From: Antedon mediterranea | Taxonomy: Eukaryota > Animalia > Echinodermata | Assembly (NCBI RefSeq): GCF_964355755.1 | Contig: NC_092671.1 | Coordinates: forward strand, 8,680,001 to 8,744,000 | Direction of reading: 5' to 3' | DNA: 64,000 bases | Shown: in pieces, positions 1 to 13,581 of the stretch | Layout of the letters: each line of letters opens with the position of its first letter | Position numbering within the stretch: the stretch's first letter is position 1 | The notes under the pieces: generated by a model | What the model saw: only the letters and a program-made list of their open reading frames with translations | What the model was told of the DNA's origin: nothing | The model's database searches: none | Translations under genes and position numbers: made by a program

Positions 1-299
1 AAGTCAAAAATAAGAAATTCATTATAATAAATAATTGTTTTATTTTCATCAATGATACGTACTATCTGTAAATATTTATTGACTTAAGTTAAATACTATG
101 AAATCTTAATATAAAGGAAATATCGCACTTAAGTGTGATTGCTAAATATGTTTATTCTAATTTATTCATATCTGTCATAGCTTGTGTCTTTAAGTAAGAC
201 AATTTTTCTTGACTTGTTCCTCCCAAAGCTGGAGCATATGGAGGAAGGGTGAACTCAACCATTTAAAACTACAAATCAAATCTGGTGATATCATACTAT

Positions 300-405
300 G
301 CTATTCGCTGATGTTCTCGCACGTTGTTAATGCACAAAGCGCCATGAGCGCCACATGGGTGGAGGATACCGGCGCTATATAAGTTTTCATTTATTATTAT
401 TATTA
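300..405 (+). mobile_element. L2-type LINE/SINE 3' end with stem-loop and (ATT)n tail
   Basis: aaagcgcc...ggcgctatataa followed by ttattattattatta; an analogous end lies on the minus strand at ~45232-45300. Confidence 0.6.
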
Positions 406-1633
406 TACTATAACCACATGTAGTAGATAAGAGTTAATGTCCTATGTTAAAAAAAAAACTACACTAAAAATATATTTATTGGTAATGCTGGTAATAAAAT
501 TGATTAAAGAATCATGTTGTAACATGTATTTTATTATGACAACTGCTTCCTATAGTAGAATTTCAAATTATAACAGTTGCTTGCAGACTTAGTGAAATTA
601 AAAAACCTGTGGATCTATAAAACTGGAGATATTAGATTTATAAATCAACATTAATACAGTTGACACTCTGTAATTGAACAAATCCCACGTCATCATTCAA
701 AGAAACTGAAATATATCATTTCCCGATAATATGGTTAAGAATTTGATTAATTAACAAGTTTAATGTCAGTTATGAAACTTAAAGACGGCAATAAAGCACA
801 GGTTGGTAAATGACAGTGTCGTAAATGACCTACAGCTCTCTGTTTAAAATTGCTTCCTAAAATTCAAGATTCCGTGCTAATCTAGGCCGGTCCAAAATAT
901 GCAAAATCTGGTTTTCTGAATGCAATCTTGATACTAGACTATTTTTCAATCATCGATATTTTTATTCCATAATCGAAATAAAAACATATACAAATACAAT
1001 AAAAATAATATAATAATGGAAAGGGATACAAAATAAGCGCTTTAAATATCTGACACTAACAAAATAGAACAGACATTGGTACAAACAAATAAAAAAACCA
1101 AAATAACAAAATGTAAGGGTACACCTTCGGGACCCAACAGAAGGGACGCTTAATAGAAATGTTCCCTGAATAAGATTTGGTTGTAGGGTCAAAATATTTG
1201 TTCTTTTCACAGGAAGTGCCCACTTAAAGGAAAGGGTTCCACTGTAGAGTTTGACATTCTAGTTTTAGGAGGGATTCCGTTATTTGAAAGCAGGTAATAA
1301 TTCTTGCAGTTCAATGATGCTATGCAGTACATCAATAGATAACAGAAGAATGGCTATCAGCAAAAGATTACAGTGCACCCTCTATTTTCATTAATGTGAA
1401 ATGGAAAAGTCACTATTACAATTCTGTATCCTTGTACTTTTGTGATGTCAGAAATGAAATTACCAAAAAAGGTGATAACAAAAGTGATCTATATATTTAA
1501 AATTCAGCATCATGAATCATGTTGAGGGATGGATCATTACATATAGTTTTCATGTTGATAAAATATATTTCCTGCTTGTAATAATATAGTATAATACTAT
1601 CAAATAAGTTTAAATAGATAGAAAAAACATTAC

Positions 1634-1769
1634 CTAATGTACAAATCTTCAACTTCTTCAGTATGTCCAAGCTTACGTAGCGCCCTCGCTAAATTCACCA
1701 TAGCAACTGTGTGGGTAGGTTGTAAAGACAGACAGCGTCTATACTGCTCAACAGCCTCTGTCCATTCAT
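1634..1769 (-). CDS. TMTC1: TMTC1-like coding exon 13 (TPR); gene continues beyond window start
   Basis: ttttgaag|AT; DEWTEAVEQYRRCLSLQPTHTVAMVNLARALRKLGHTEEVEDLYI; donor AG|GTAATG; 136 nt, phase 1 to 2. No stop is reached and no further exon was found in 1-1633. Confidence 0.92.
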
Positions 1770-2071
1770 CTTCAAAATATATTTTTACATAATATAGAAA
1801 GAAGGTATGAACAATATGAGAATGTCCGCAACAGTGTTCAACTCAAGGAGGTTAGTTTTATATACAATTAAAATACACAAAGACTTTATTTTATTATTAC
1901 ATTTTGCAGAATTGCAGGCCTAACAGTGTATCAAACACCTCCCAGCCTCTCCAAATTATTTTCACTTTTAGTAAGATAATTAAGAACCAACTGTAGACAT
2001 TGAAACTCCTCGGTATCAAACATTTGCCTCATTTAAGCCAAAATTTGCTTTATATGATATCATTCTCTCAC

Positions 2072-2283
2072 CTATACGAGACAGAAAGGAGCCATAGTTA
2101 TTGAATGTGTCTGCATTATCTGGAGACAGAGTGACAGACTTCAAATAATGTTTACGGGCCTCCTTAGGGCGCCCTAAGTCAAGCAGTAATGTTCCCAGGT
2201 TAATGTGGGCATCACTGAAATCTGCATTGATGCGAAGACTTGCTCTGTATTCAGCTTCCGCCTTGTCGTAGATCTTCTGATCC
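2072..2283 (-). CDS. TMTC1: TMTC1-like coding exon 12 (TPRs)
   Basis: cccacag|G; DQKIYDKAEAEYRASLRINADFSDAHINLGTLL...SPDNADTFNNYGSFLSRI; donor G|GTGAGA; 212 nt, phase 2 to 1. Confidence 0.94.
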
Positions 2284-2890
2284 CTGTGGGAACAATCGTA
2301 GAATTAGAGTGAGTTATTCACAAATTTCTTTTAGGTGGATTACATATTGTGAAGAAGCATGTCTCCATACTGCACATACACATCAATAAAAAAAACTCAA
2401 ACACAATATAATATTATCTCTATGAAAAATGTAATGAATTAATAACAATAAATCACACCATACAGCAGTACTATTTTAAAACTATTTGGTTGAAAATAAA
2501 AAATTATCTGATAAAACCATATAAAGATAAAAATAGTCAACCTGAAGCCGATTGTCTGGAAGTTTATGGTTAAATTTAACTGTTTATTGGATATTTTTGA
2601 AAATTTTGTTCAACCAGAAGTCCAATTGTCTGGAATTCAATAGCTTGTTGGTTAAATTTAACTGTTTACTTTTTTCATTTTCCTCTGGCAAAAGTGAATA
2701 ACTTTTATTGAAACTACAAAATGGCCTACTAAAAGCTTGATTTTGTACATTTTATTTTAAATGCTTTGGGGAACAATACATCTTTATCCAAGGTAACTTT
2801 AAATGAATAGAATTCACTATTGTTAATACAGTAGAACTCCTCTTTTTGAGATACCTTTACAAGGGCCATAATACGTCCAAATTCTATTAA

Positions 2891-3074
2891 GGCCAATTTA
2901 CAAAGACGAGCGGTAACAGTAAGCGGAAAAACATGTAACTTGTCCCACGTAGAATCTTTATCTATCCTGAGCGGAAATCGCCCGTCCGTTCGGCGTGGTG
3001 TGGTAATTGTCATAAAGAATAAACATAGATTCTATATTTTTATTACCGTTTACCGCTTATCTGTGAATCCCCAT
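2891..3074. mobile_element. Eroded Harbinger-like MITE
   Basis: taa|ggccaatttacaaagacgagcggtaacagtaa ... ttaccgtttaccgcttatctgtgaatcccc imperfect inverted ends. Confidence 0.5.
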
Positions 3075-3202
3075 TTAGAGGTTATTTTGTTAGGTTCGGG
3101 GTTCTATATACATTATACTGCAACAGTTTCATAATTTAGTTATTCTCTAAAAATGGTCTTTTTATGCTTTTACTGCAAGAATTGATTGCATATCAAACTT
3201 AC

Positions 3203-3352
3203 CTAAGTACATTAGCTAGATTGAAGTGAGCTCTTGCATGCTGGGGGTTGTTAACAATGGCATTGGTGAAAAGAGCCTTTGCTACATCCGGCTTCTCTGT
3301 GATTAGTAATGTGCCTAGGTTGTTACTGGCACTGGCATAATTTGGATATAGC
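3203..3352 (-). CDS. TMTC1: TMTC1-like coding exon 11 (TPR)
   Basis: tcttctag|G; LYPNYASASNNLGTLL...NPQHARAHFNLANVL; donor AG|GTAAGT; 150 nt. Confidence 0.94.
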
Positions 3353-4785
3353 CTAGAAGAAACAGATAGGACATTACATTAGTTTTTTCCATGTTTTTAT
3401 ATAGTTTTAAATTGTGTTGTTTTGTAATCTGTATGGACGATCTACGCATGTGTGCCACTGTTAAAAAAGTGTTGCTCCAAAAAAATATTATATTATATTA
3501 TTATTTTTAAAAAGAGAGAATACTGAAGTACTCATTTCATGAATATTGGAACTCCATTCATAGTTTTAAGAACAGAATTCATGCAAGTTGATAATTGTTG
3601 TAGTCAATGTACTTCCAAAATCCAGGTTATGTTTGTGGAAGATGCTGTTGTAATTTTCTGGTTGAGTTTTGTATGTTTTGTATCCAAAATAAAGGAAATG
3701 AATAAATTAACTCATTCAGTTCGCTTGATGATACATAAGACAGTGTAACAATAAGGGTGATGTTGTGTTATTCTAAATAATTCATTCTGATTCCATAATG
3801 GGGCCTTAGATAATGACACTCTTTAGAAAAAATGATGGCACAGTTAAAAATCAAATGAACCTGATACTGTCAGGCAAGCATGAACACTCCAAGCTACTGC
3901 TACTGCCAGCTTCTTATAAATTACATAACATTGTGTGTCTAAAAGTATCTGCTTTTGAAATTTCCATTTAAAGCCAAAACAAAAGTAATGACTAAAAACA
4001 ATCTCAATCTCAAAAAATCAAAATAAAGAGGAAAAACGGCAATAGATTTCACTGTCAATGGCCAATATTAACATATCATCATAACCAAATATAATGACTT
4101 ACACTGTCCTTGGGTGGCCAATTTACTTATAATTTAAGTCTTTCTCATTACTTTTTGTATCATTAAAAATGTCATCAGCTAACTGATAGTCAAGCCCAAT
4201 AACACCTGGGATATTGCATGAACAATGCTATCTTCGCCATTAGACCTCGTTATCATGCATAAAAGAATTGGGAGTTATGAATAAATAGCACATTTGGGGC
4301 TATTAACTTGTCATGCGAAAAAAATTACTTTTGCTCATTATTCATTGAAAATGGGAAGGATATGTTTGCACTATACACACAATAGTTTTGTACTGACACT
4401 TTACTACCTCTAATTACCGACCGTATTACTGCATCTACATCAATATAGGATGAAAGGGCCTGTTGAATGTATTCGATTTTTGATGCGGATACAAATACTT
4501 GACTCCTTCTAATTTAAGACTATACTGTACAATCAACATGGGATACCTGTATGGGTCTGGTTGTTAATAAATGTATTAAGTTGATGCTGATCTATATAAA
4601 TACTTGTCTCCCTAAAGACCATACATTCAAACATTCATTCTAGACTGTTTTTAGCGCATCTAAAGAAAACACAGTCCACAACAGGAGTCTGGTTTATATG
4701 TAAGGGATACTAGACAGAGTATTTTGGATTTGCCAGATCCAGAACACCGACTTAAACTTATGCAATGGATGGATAAAGCACTTAC

Positions 4786-4899
4786 TTAAGTGTTATTTTA
4801 TAGTGGTGTATAGCCTCTTCTGTTCTATGCACATCTTTAAGATAGTTAGCATAATTGTAGTGTGCTTTTGCATTATGCGGTAACGTCTCAACACCAGAC
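4786..4899 (-). CDS. TMTC1: TMTC1-like coding exon 10 (first TPR)
   Basis: cttttcag|G; SGVETLPHNAKAHYNYANYLKDVHRTEEAIHHYKITL, close to vertebrate TMTC1 SGVQTLPHNAKVHYNYANFLKD as recalled; donor AA|GTAAGT; 114 nt. Confidence 0.95.
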
Positions 4900-5694
4900 C
4901 TGAAAAGCAGAAAGAAAAATCTCAATTTGTTAAAAAGGTTCTATAACAACGAAATGGCTATACACAGAACATCCAATTCTTTTAGATCACATCCCTTGAA
5001 AACATAAATATGTATATTTGATTTTGTACTTTGTGTCACTGTGATGAATAAACTATTAGACTGTACTCTGGTTAGCTTCAAGTCAAATTAATTTTTGTAC
5101 TTTCATTTTAATGTTTTTTTTGCTATGTGATTCGAATTTAAATTTATACACATCAAATTCTGGGGAAATATATTGTATATTTGGTTTCATTTTTGTATGT
5201 CATTTTGTGCTGCCTTTTCAAGTCTAGGTTGTCTGTCTTTCCTTAAGTAATATTTTCTTTTTTTTCTGGCCTAAACTATCAAAACAAATTGTTAAAAGGA
5301 AAATATTACAGTAAGGTTTAGTTCAAAAACTTTAAAATAATATTAAAACAATTGCTTTTTGTTTTTGACAGCACACAATTATCTTTTGTCATAAATTGTA
5401 GAATGAATATTCAAAATATGTTCAATGGCTCACAAAAACTAAGACACATCAAACTAATAACCCAATAGAGAATTTGATAGTTAAAATGTAGATTGTATAT
5501 TTTCACATTGAGATCATGATTTTATGAATTTTTTGAATTATGTTTGAATAAATCCAATATAAAAATGGTTTACTTTGTTTTGGTGAGGAGGAATAAAAAT
5601 AATAATAATGTACTGTATAGTGATGAGGGTTTGTCATTTAACTTATGACACCATAGTTAATTCTTATATACAGTAATTTTTAGAGAGCATAGAA

Positions 5695-5838
5695 AGCCGA
5701 TTTTCCACTAGGTGAATCTGTTTGCGCGAATTGCCACGTCAGTTTATATGCATGTAGTGCAGAGAGGGATCTGGAAGATGGAAACTTGAATACATATATG
5801 TACAAGCATGAACCTATTCGCCTAGTGGAAAATTGGCT
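5695..5838. mobile_element. Harbinger-like MITE (TIR AGCCGATTTTCCACTAGG)
   Basis: AGCCGATTTTCCACTAGGTGAAT ... ATTCGCCTAGTGGAAAATTGGCT|TTA; the same end occurs at 63678. Confidence 0.82.
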
Positions 5839-6920
5839 TTAGGCTCTCTTTAATCTTTAAAAAACTTTTAAAATTGTTAGATAAACGAAAAAGCTTGTTG
5901 GAAAATGAAAGTATTTGGTGTCAAGAGTTCAAAGTAGCACACTGTCAAATTGAATTTGGTGGGAAAGCTTCTAGACCATAAGATCGAGAAGATTCAGTAG
6001 GCTGGCAAATCTGCATACAACCTCAAATAGGTAGCGTGCCTTGTATGCAAAATTAGTTGGTGTGAAAATAATGTTTAGCAGTTACTATAACAGTACTATT
6101 TTGTATTTTGCTTTTTTTCAAAGTTATAGTGTATTCATTGTAGTTTTCTTACAATAAATTTGTATTAAAATAGTTTTCTAAAATTTCAATGTACCTTCTT
6201 GTGAGTTATGTCAACGCAATTTTTGAATGTGAAAACATAAACAGCCCTTTGGCATATATTACTAATTTTATTTTGTTTTATACATGACATACTGAAGAAA
6301 GTGTAAGAATGTTGAAAATGTTCTTAATATTCTTAAGTAGGAATGTGACCCTAGAAATGACATTAATAGCCAGGATGTTTATATATACTTTATAATGTAT
6401 AAATTGATTGTTTTGATACGTGACTTATGAAAATAAACGTGTAAATTTGCAAAATGTCCAAAACGACTAAAGTAGCTGTATATTTCTACATTAATGAGAT
6501 ATTGGTTCTGATAAGAGAGCCTTAGAAATTGACATTAATTGCCAGGATGCGTACTCTAATGTTCATAATTATTTCATTAGGTTAGGAATAAAATATCAAA
6601 CCATTTCTGGCAATATGTTTTCTACATCATTACATTTTCATACCATTTCAAATCATTACAATATTACCTTGTATAATTAAAATTCTCATTTATGTGGGCA
6701 CGTGGATACGTTTCTTATGCTTGACAGCCACTATAGTAATTTCATATATGTAATTTTATTAGTCAACAAAACCACTAGATCGCTAACATTACCGTAGCTT
6801 AAGTCTTTGCTTTTGGCTAGGTGAACAATCATGGTACTGCTATGATAGGTCAGTATTTGAACCCTAGGATGCGTAAGCATGCGACCACAAAGTTCCATTG
6901 CTACTGTTGGTAGCCCTCAC

Positions 6921-7088
6921 CTGAATAGAGACTCTCGTGAATGCCACACAGAGTTCCTGACAACTGTCCTCCATGCAAACATGGCAACAAGTAAAAGGAC
7001 GGAGAAAGTGATTGCACTTGATAGTGGTTTACCAACTTTATTGCACATGTTCCACAAACCATGAACAAGAAGAATACAGTAGCCCATA
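6921..7088 (-). CDS. TMTC1: TMTC1-like coding exon 9
   Basis: cttttcag|T; MGYCILLVHGLWNMCNKV...AWRTVVRNSVWHSRESLF; donor AG|GTGAGG; 168 nt. Confidence 0.93.
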
Positions 7089-7740
7089 CTGAAAAGAAAG
7101 ACAGAAACATAATACTACTAGGCCTAGGATTGTTTTTATATCTACAGTACAGCATTGGAGTTGTCATCACCCTGGACTTGAAAGTACCAGTTGTCTACAG
7201 AAGTTTACTTTAACTTGTTTAATCTTTCCCATTACAGTGTACAGGTATTTCACAATATTTATAACATAGTGTTATTAGAATATAAACCTGAAAACAAATT
7301 AAGTAATAAAATCTGTTTAAATATCTTTGACATTTTACAGAAACAAATTATCTATAATATAAAATCCTAGTATAAACACATCTTTAAGGTTGATATGATA
7401 TTTAGTTTACATAGGCTTCTCTGTTCATATGAATTCAGCACTCTTATCCCCTTGGGATAAGCAGGTGTTTTCATAATGTAGCTTGATGGAATTAAGTCCA
7501 CTCCTTACGGATGTTTTGCGGATATCAGTGAAATGAAGTCTATTTTTTACTTTTAACTCACTTTATTGCGATAATTATACAATGGTGATAATTTCTGAAA
7601 AGTTCATATGTTTTAATAAGTAATGAGGTTATACTAATTAGAATTAACTCCTCCATGGTCTGATAAACAGGCTAAGCAGATATACAAAGGAGATTGTTTT
7701 GTAACTTCAAATATTACTATGGCAGCACCTACGTTCTTAC

Positions 7741-7862
7741 CTTGGTATATATAGAATCCTTTCTGCTATTACAAATCCAACTCTGAAAAATAAATTCGAT
7801 GCTGGCAGAAACGGAATCGCAAGTACTACTAGACCCATTAAAACAGCACGTTGAGAAACACC
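7741..7862 (-). CDS. TMTC1: TMTC1-like coding exon 8
   Basis: tttcttag|GGT; [40 protein letters not shown] (PFLPASNL..VGFVxAERxLYxPS signature); donor AG|GTAAGA; 122 nt. Confidence 0.95.
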
Positions 7863-8121
7863 CTAAGAAACAAAAAAGTATGTATTAGTTAGTACTGTAG
7901 TGTATATATTGTGTTAATTGTTGTTTGGGAGTATGTTTCCATACGTGTTTGATCCAAAAATGACTGGGGTAATATGCACAGACCCATTAAAACAGAACGT
8001 TGAGAAACACTATGAAAAAAAGTATATATTATAGTATGTAATGTATTGCATGTTATGTTTTTTGTTTGTAAATATGTTTCCATACGTGTTTGATCCAAAA
8101 AGGACTGAGGTAATATGTACA
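7831..8121. repeat. ~150-bp tandem duplication overlapping the 5' end of TMTC1 exon 8
   Basis: agacccattaaaacag(c/a)acgttgagaaacac at 7831 and 7980; tatgtttccatacgtgtttgatccaaaaa at ~7932 and ~8073. Confidence 0.9.
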
Positions 8122-11100
8122 GCATGTAGCGGTTTCTCAACATTAAGCGCTTAATAATAAATCCAAGATATTATTATTATTAATTATATTCTAATGATAT
8201 CGTTGCTCAGTACTTTTTTTTACTGAAATTGTGCTTCAGGATAAGAATAAATATAATAAAAAAGAATAATATATATTTATTTATAGTTCCCAAGTTGGTG
8301 TTATATTATTAGTTTGACAGCAAATCTATTCTGCAAGATATCTTATCTTTTATTGTCTTTATTTTGAAGTAACAGATCTAATAGATTTTTCCAAATCTAT
8401 TGCCTTATTCAGTCATCAAACATTAAGAGGTCAAAGTTCAAAGAAAATAACTTGTAAGAAAAAGAATAATATTATTTAAAAGAAATTCTATGTGTATCTG
8501 CAGAAGATGAAATAATAAAAATTCTTTTTCCTAATTATTTAGCAACTACATGGATCTTACCATGAAGTCATATAAACTCCTTGATCATAATGTATTTTTA
8601 GTACACCTTTTACATTCATGTCTTTCTTTAATCAAACCTAATGCATTATTACCTAAAACAATATCATACAAAACATACTGTAGAGTGACAGTCAAACACT
8701 TGAGGTTAAGTCTTTACAGCTCCTTGTATGGCATTTAGTGTTTGACTTTCGGCAGATTACATTGTCTTAGCTTAGACTTTGGACTACATTACTGTCCACT
8801 CTTAGAGTTTCAGTCCCTCAAGCAGATGTTTGTATCATCTTCCATGTACAAAATGCCATCACCATGGCAACAAATATCGATGTTCTACACTAGTTAAGTA
8901 CAGTCACATTTAGCATATCATTGGTGTGTATTGGATACTTGTGTATAATATGAAAGTTGTATAGTTTACAAAGTACCATATATTTAGCATACCAACAGAA
9001 CTGATTTCCTTTGGATACTCTAAATTGGCTAGCCCAAAGTGGACTACACTTGTTGGTGCATCTCACACACCAGTACTGAAATGGTTTAGATATAACTTTG
9101 TTTGGTACTCAAATTGAACTAAATATCTACACTTTTAAAACTGTCTAATTTCAAACCAAAAACTTTCAGCATCATTTTAAACAGATCAATGATATCTGTT
9201 CCGAGAGTGATGATGTTTCAAGTCATGTGACCACTTTAAACGTAGCTTTTGGCTAGCTTATTAAAACGTGTTCTTAACACATTTGCCGTCTGACTGTTCT
9301 AATTGCTTTTTCAACATCAATGCATACAATTCACACTCTAGTAGTTTCTAGTCGGTGTGAAAAAGAAAAAAATACACTTCCTTTTAAAAATTAAAAATTC
9401 CATAATCGCCTTTTATTATGGCATCACTTGTAGTAACATGCATTTTTAACAGATTTTCTCATTATATGTCATCTTTAGATGACAGATGATCTAATTTTTT
9501 AGTTAAATCTTACCACAAATCATTTGAAAAAATCGTTTTAATAATAATATATAGTGTATGATATGATAATGTAAGAATGAATATTTGTTTTGTATTTTAA
9601 ATTATTAGAATATATTAATAATCAATATTCAAACATTTTTTTCTGGCATGTTTTTTTTTATTGTCCTTGAACCGTAAGTTTCAATGCAAAGATGTTATGA
9701 ATATTGCCAAGTTACAAACAATTTATAAAAATATTATGGTAGGTTGAAAACATAAACAGATATGATATATTCATAGATCGATATTTAAGGTAATAACAAG
9801 GTACATATTAAGAATATGCACAATTAAACTCGGCATCATAAAATTTCCATTGACCAGATTCAAACTGACCTCTTGTTTACAGTGCAAAATAATAAGCTGA
9901 AAATCATATATTATTATGATAGGTTTGATAAATTGTTTTTCAAAATACTATAGTAATGTTGTTCAGCTATTGCTGCTACTTCACTACTGTTACTAAATTT
10001 CTCAATTTAGTTCATAAAGGAACCCTTACTATGAAATCGCCAGATTGCCTACCTATAGAGTCAGGGTTAAAATCTTGCTTATGGTGATTTTTTCCCATTA
10101 TTACAGAAATCCTCACCTTGAATGTTAAAAAATAAATTAATTAAAAGTATATTACTGGTCGATGTAGAGTTTCTTTATGCCTGAAAATTCTTCTACATAA
10201 ATATATATATATAATATATTTGCTCTGAAGAAAGGCTAGTGTTGCCCAAAATCACTTTATTTTTATTCTGGATGTTATACTTTATAGCTTTTATAGCTTT
10301 TGCTTACTTTATTTTGTATCTCCATTGAGATCCAGCCAGTGATAGCCACGTGCATTGTAATTTGTTTCAGTAATTTGCCTTTGGATTTATATACTGTACT
10401 GTATATATTTATGTACTATGAATATCATGGTAATGGTATTTTTCAATTTATGTATTTTCAGGTGTGTTTTTATGTGTGTTTAGAATTCAAATGTCTTTCT
10501 TACTACATTCTTCACAATATTCCTAAAGCATACCTCATAAATGACTAAACAACAAATGTACATGCACATTTTTCAGGTTTTTTGCATTTTACTTTAGAAC
10601 GTCACTTTCTATTTCAAAATAAAATAGAAATTGCCATCAATGTTTTTATAAATTCAAGATGAGTCTTGAATCTTGAATTCACATTTTGTACATTAGGAAA
10701 TATTCATCAAATATATTCTAGCCAATTTGAAAGGTAATATTCATTTCAGAAATTGAATGATATACAATCCGAATCAGGTAGTGTGATATGGGAACATTTC
10801 CGATTGATGTATTGAAATAATTATCACTAAAATTTTGCCTACCATTTTTATACCTACATATTTCATTACTACAGGAGAACCCTCATCGGGATATCTGTAT
10901 TAAAGGAAAACTTCCTCGTAAAACAAACAAGGGCTGATATATGTACTAACTGCAGTATTAAAGGGACACTTGCAGATTTTAACCTGAAATCATCTGCTTA
11001 ATTAATACGCAGATATCCTTTAAACCACTGTTTATACCTATGTTATGTATATGATTTTTTTTTTTCTTTTATCATCTTTGCCTATAGGCATGTTTCCAAC

Positions 11101-11250
11101 AGGCATTTTGCTTTTTTTTAGCTTTTATCTTTTATTTTTTTACCTAAATTTTGTTTTTCTTGAAGTAAATAAATGTCACTTTGAATTGAATTGAATGGTT
11201 CAAATTTGAGAACAGATAGTATGTATAAATATCTCAAAATGTATACTTAC

Positions 11251-11440
11251 TTTTGCTATAAAAATTGCATACACTGTTAATCCCACCAGAATCACAAAGA
11301 AAAGTAACGTAGCTAGATTACGTATATCAAGAACGCTCTCAACCAGCGGTATACTAGCCATCTGCCAATCATATGATAAAATGAGGGGACACAATAAAAG
11401 CCACACATTGAACACACACAGGTATGAAAAAGTCAAAAAT
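11251..11440 (-). CDS. TMTC1: TMTC1-like coding exon 7 (DUF1736)
   Basis: tttccctcag|A; FLTFSYLCVFNVWLLLCPLILSYDWQMASIPLVESVLDIRNLATL...; donor AAA|GTAAGT; 190 nt, phase 2 to 0. Confidence 0.95.
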
Positions 11441-13020
11441 CTGAGGGAAAAAAAAATGTTTAAACAGTGTGTTAGGTATTCAGGCCTATATATCTATAGC
11501 ACTAATGGTTGTTAAAGGTAAAGTTGAGTCCTGTATTCATTCTGAACATAGAGGAATGAGCTGTTAGAGTCCATTACATTTAAGCCTGTTTATTATGTAG
11601 TCGGGTGGTCAGTTCCTTTCCAATAGTACCCTTATTGGTAATGAATATTTTACAGTATTGAGTATTAAGTGTTAACAAATAAATAGAATATTTAATCAAA
11701 ATGAAATACATATCTCCCAAAGATTGTATTATCAAGTTTTCATAACTTTTATATTTAAATAAAAGTGGTCTGGGTTTGTTTAATAGAGCATATTATAGTT
11801 CAGTTAATAAGATTTAAATTATCTGATTCTGTTGTGAAAGTAGACCGAATTGAAGGTAGGCTTTACAGTATTACCCCTCTCTCCCAATGGAAAACTAATT
11901 TAAGAATATTTGCATCTTTATGAAGGTTAAATGACTCAAAACGGAAGTCCTTACAACTTTTTAGTCATAAAATATCAAAACAATATAAAGATTAATAAAA
12001 AATACATATTAATATCTGCATTATCAATTCTATATGACAAATAAAATTGTAAATAATTATTTTGTTTCAGAAAAATCTGTCATAGTTATGACAAAATGTT
12101 ACTGATGCGTGGTAGTTTCCAGGTTGTTATAACAAATATAATTATTAAAATACAATACGCATTAACACCACATAATTTTGGCAAAAAATATTACAATATA
12201 AACAACAAATATTCATGAGACAACATATCTATATTACAAATGAATACATTTGCCAAACGGCCCCAGGGTCTAATTTTCTAAATCTGGCCGAAAACACAAG
12301 AAATAACGAAGAAGCAAATCTGTATAAAGATTCAATTAACAACAAAAGCTAAAAGTATAATACATCCCCAGGGGTGAATTAAATGTATTTGTTACTGTTG
12401 AGAGAACTCTAAAAAGGCTATAGCTATATACTTGTAATGACTCCTTACAAATGTTTCGGTAGTTTGGTTTGCTCGTTGTTAACGACTCGTAACGGAATCC
12501 AAAGTATCGGCTGTATGACAATTGTTAGCCTTAATTTACCCACAGGGCGATTTCATTTTGTTAATAAGATGAGACTAACTTGACGACGACATACAAATAC
12601 AATGAAAGCTGTGTAATGAGTTCTTTTTGTAAAAACAAGAATCTGTTTTTCTTGAATGAATAAATAATTGAATTGTCGATCAACAAATCATAGTCCAAAA
12701 ACAGTCCAATATTGTCTTTAAAATTTTTGTTACTGGTTTTCAAAAAGGACAAAACTAAAACAAATAAACAAAAATGTATATATTGTATTTAAATCCTCAC
12801 AAAAATGTGTAACTTTTGTGAAAAATGCTTAAAAAATCACTGAGCATTTTACAGTATACTCTTATTTAAAGTCTACTGTATATAGGTGACTATAAAAGGA
12901 GCTTTCTATAAAGGATATGAAGGTGAAAATACATTCACAAGACAAAACACAAGATGCTATAAACAGTAGTATCAATCTTTGTGAGTGGAGTTGTTTTGTC
13001 AGAAAACAGTTGACATTTTA

Positions 13021-13199
13021 AGCTTGGTTCCCACTAGAATGTAACGCAAGGACGTAAACGCAACGCAAGCGTTTTAACCAATGACAAGCGAAGTTATAGA
13101 CAGTTAGCAATCACAAGCGAATAAGCCATCGCTTGTGATTGGTCAGTTCACTTGCGTTGCGTTACGTCCTTGTGTTGCGTCGCTAGTGGGAACCACGCT
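13021..13199. mobile_element. PIF/Harbinger-like MITE, TTA TSD
   Basis: TTA|AGCTTGGTTCCCACTAG...CTAGTGGGAACCACGCT|TTA; nearly the whole element is palindromic (cgcaaggacgtaaacgcaacgcaag / cttgcgttgcgttacgtccttg). Confidence 0.88.
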
Positions 13200-13581
13200 T
13201 TACTTGTACAATTCGCTCCTTATTTAAGACTTAAATGTTATTTTTGATATTTTTCTTTTTGTTTTTACATTGCCTTGTAAATGAACACACCCGTCTTATA
13301 AACGTGTGCCGCTGATACAAAAGCATTTGTTCAATAAAGTGTATCTTTATCTAACAGGATTTGAACCAAGAGCTTTTACCAGAAATTGAGAGCCACAGTT
13401 GGTAAGTGTAGATAAAGATCATTTATATTTCAAATATACATTTTAAATGACCCTTGAACTTATGTGTTTTAGACCTGACATTTGCTTTCTACCATTCAAT
13501 CAATACAACTCGACTAAACACAATATTTTTCTAAGGAATTTGATACACACATTACACGTTGAAATCACATTCATCATTTAC

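Noticed and set aside
6879-7170. ORFs 6879-7064 (+) and 6901-7170 (-)
   Set aside because: Antisense and wrong-frame shadows of exon 9.
7230-7290. Acceptor-like ttttcag|G at ~7288 as an extra TMTC1 exon
   Set aside because: Exons 8 and 9 already join in frame with contiguous family sequence (LYIPS-MGYC), and no TMTC-like peptide follows this site.
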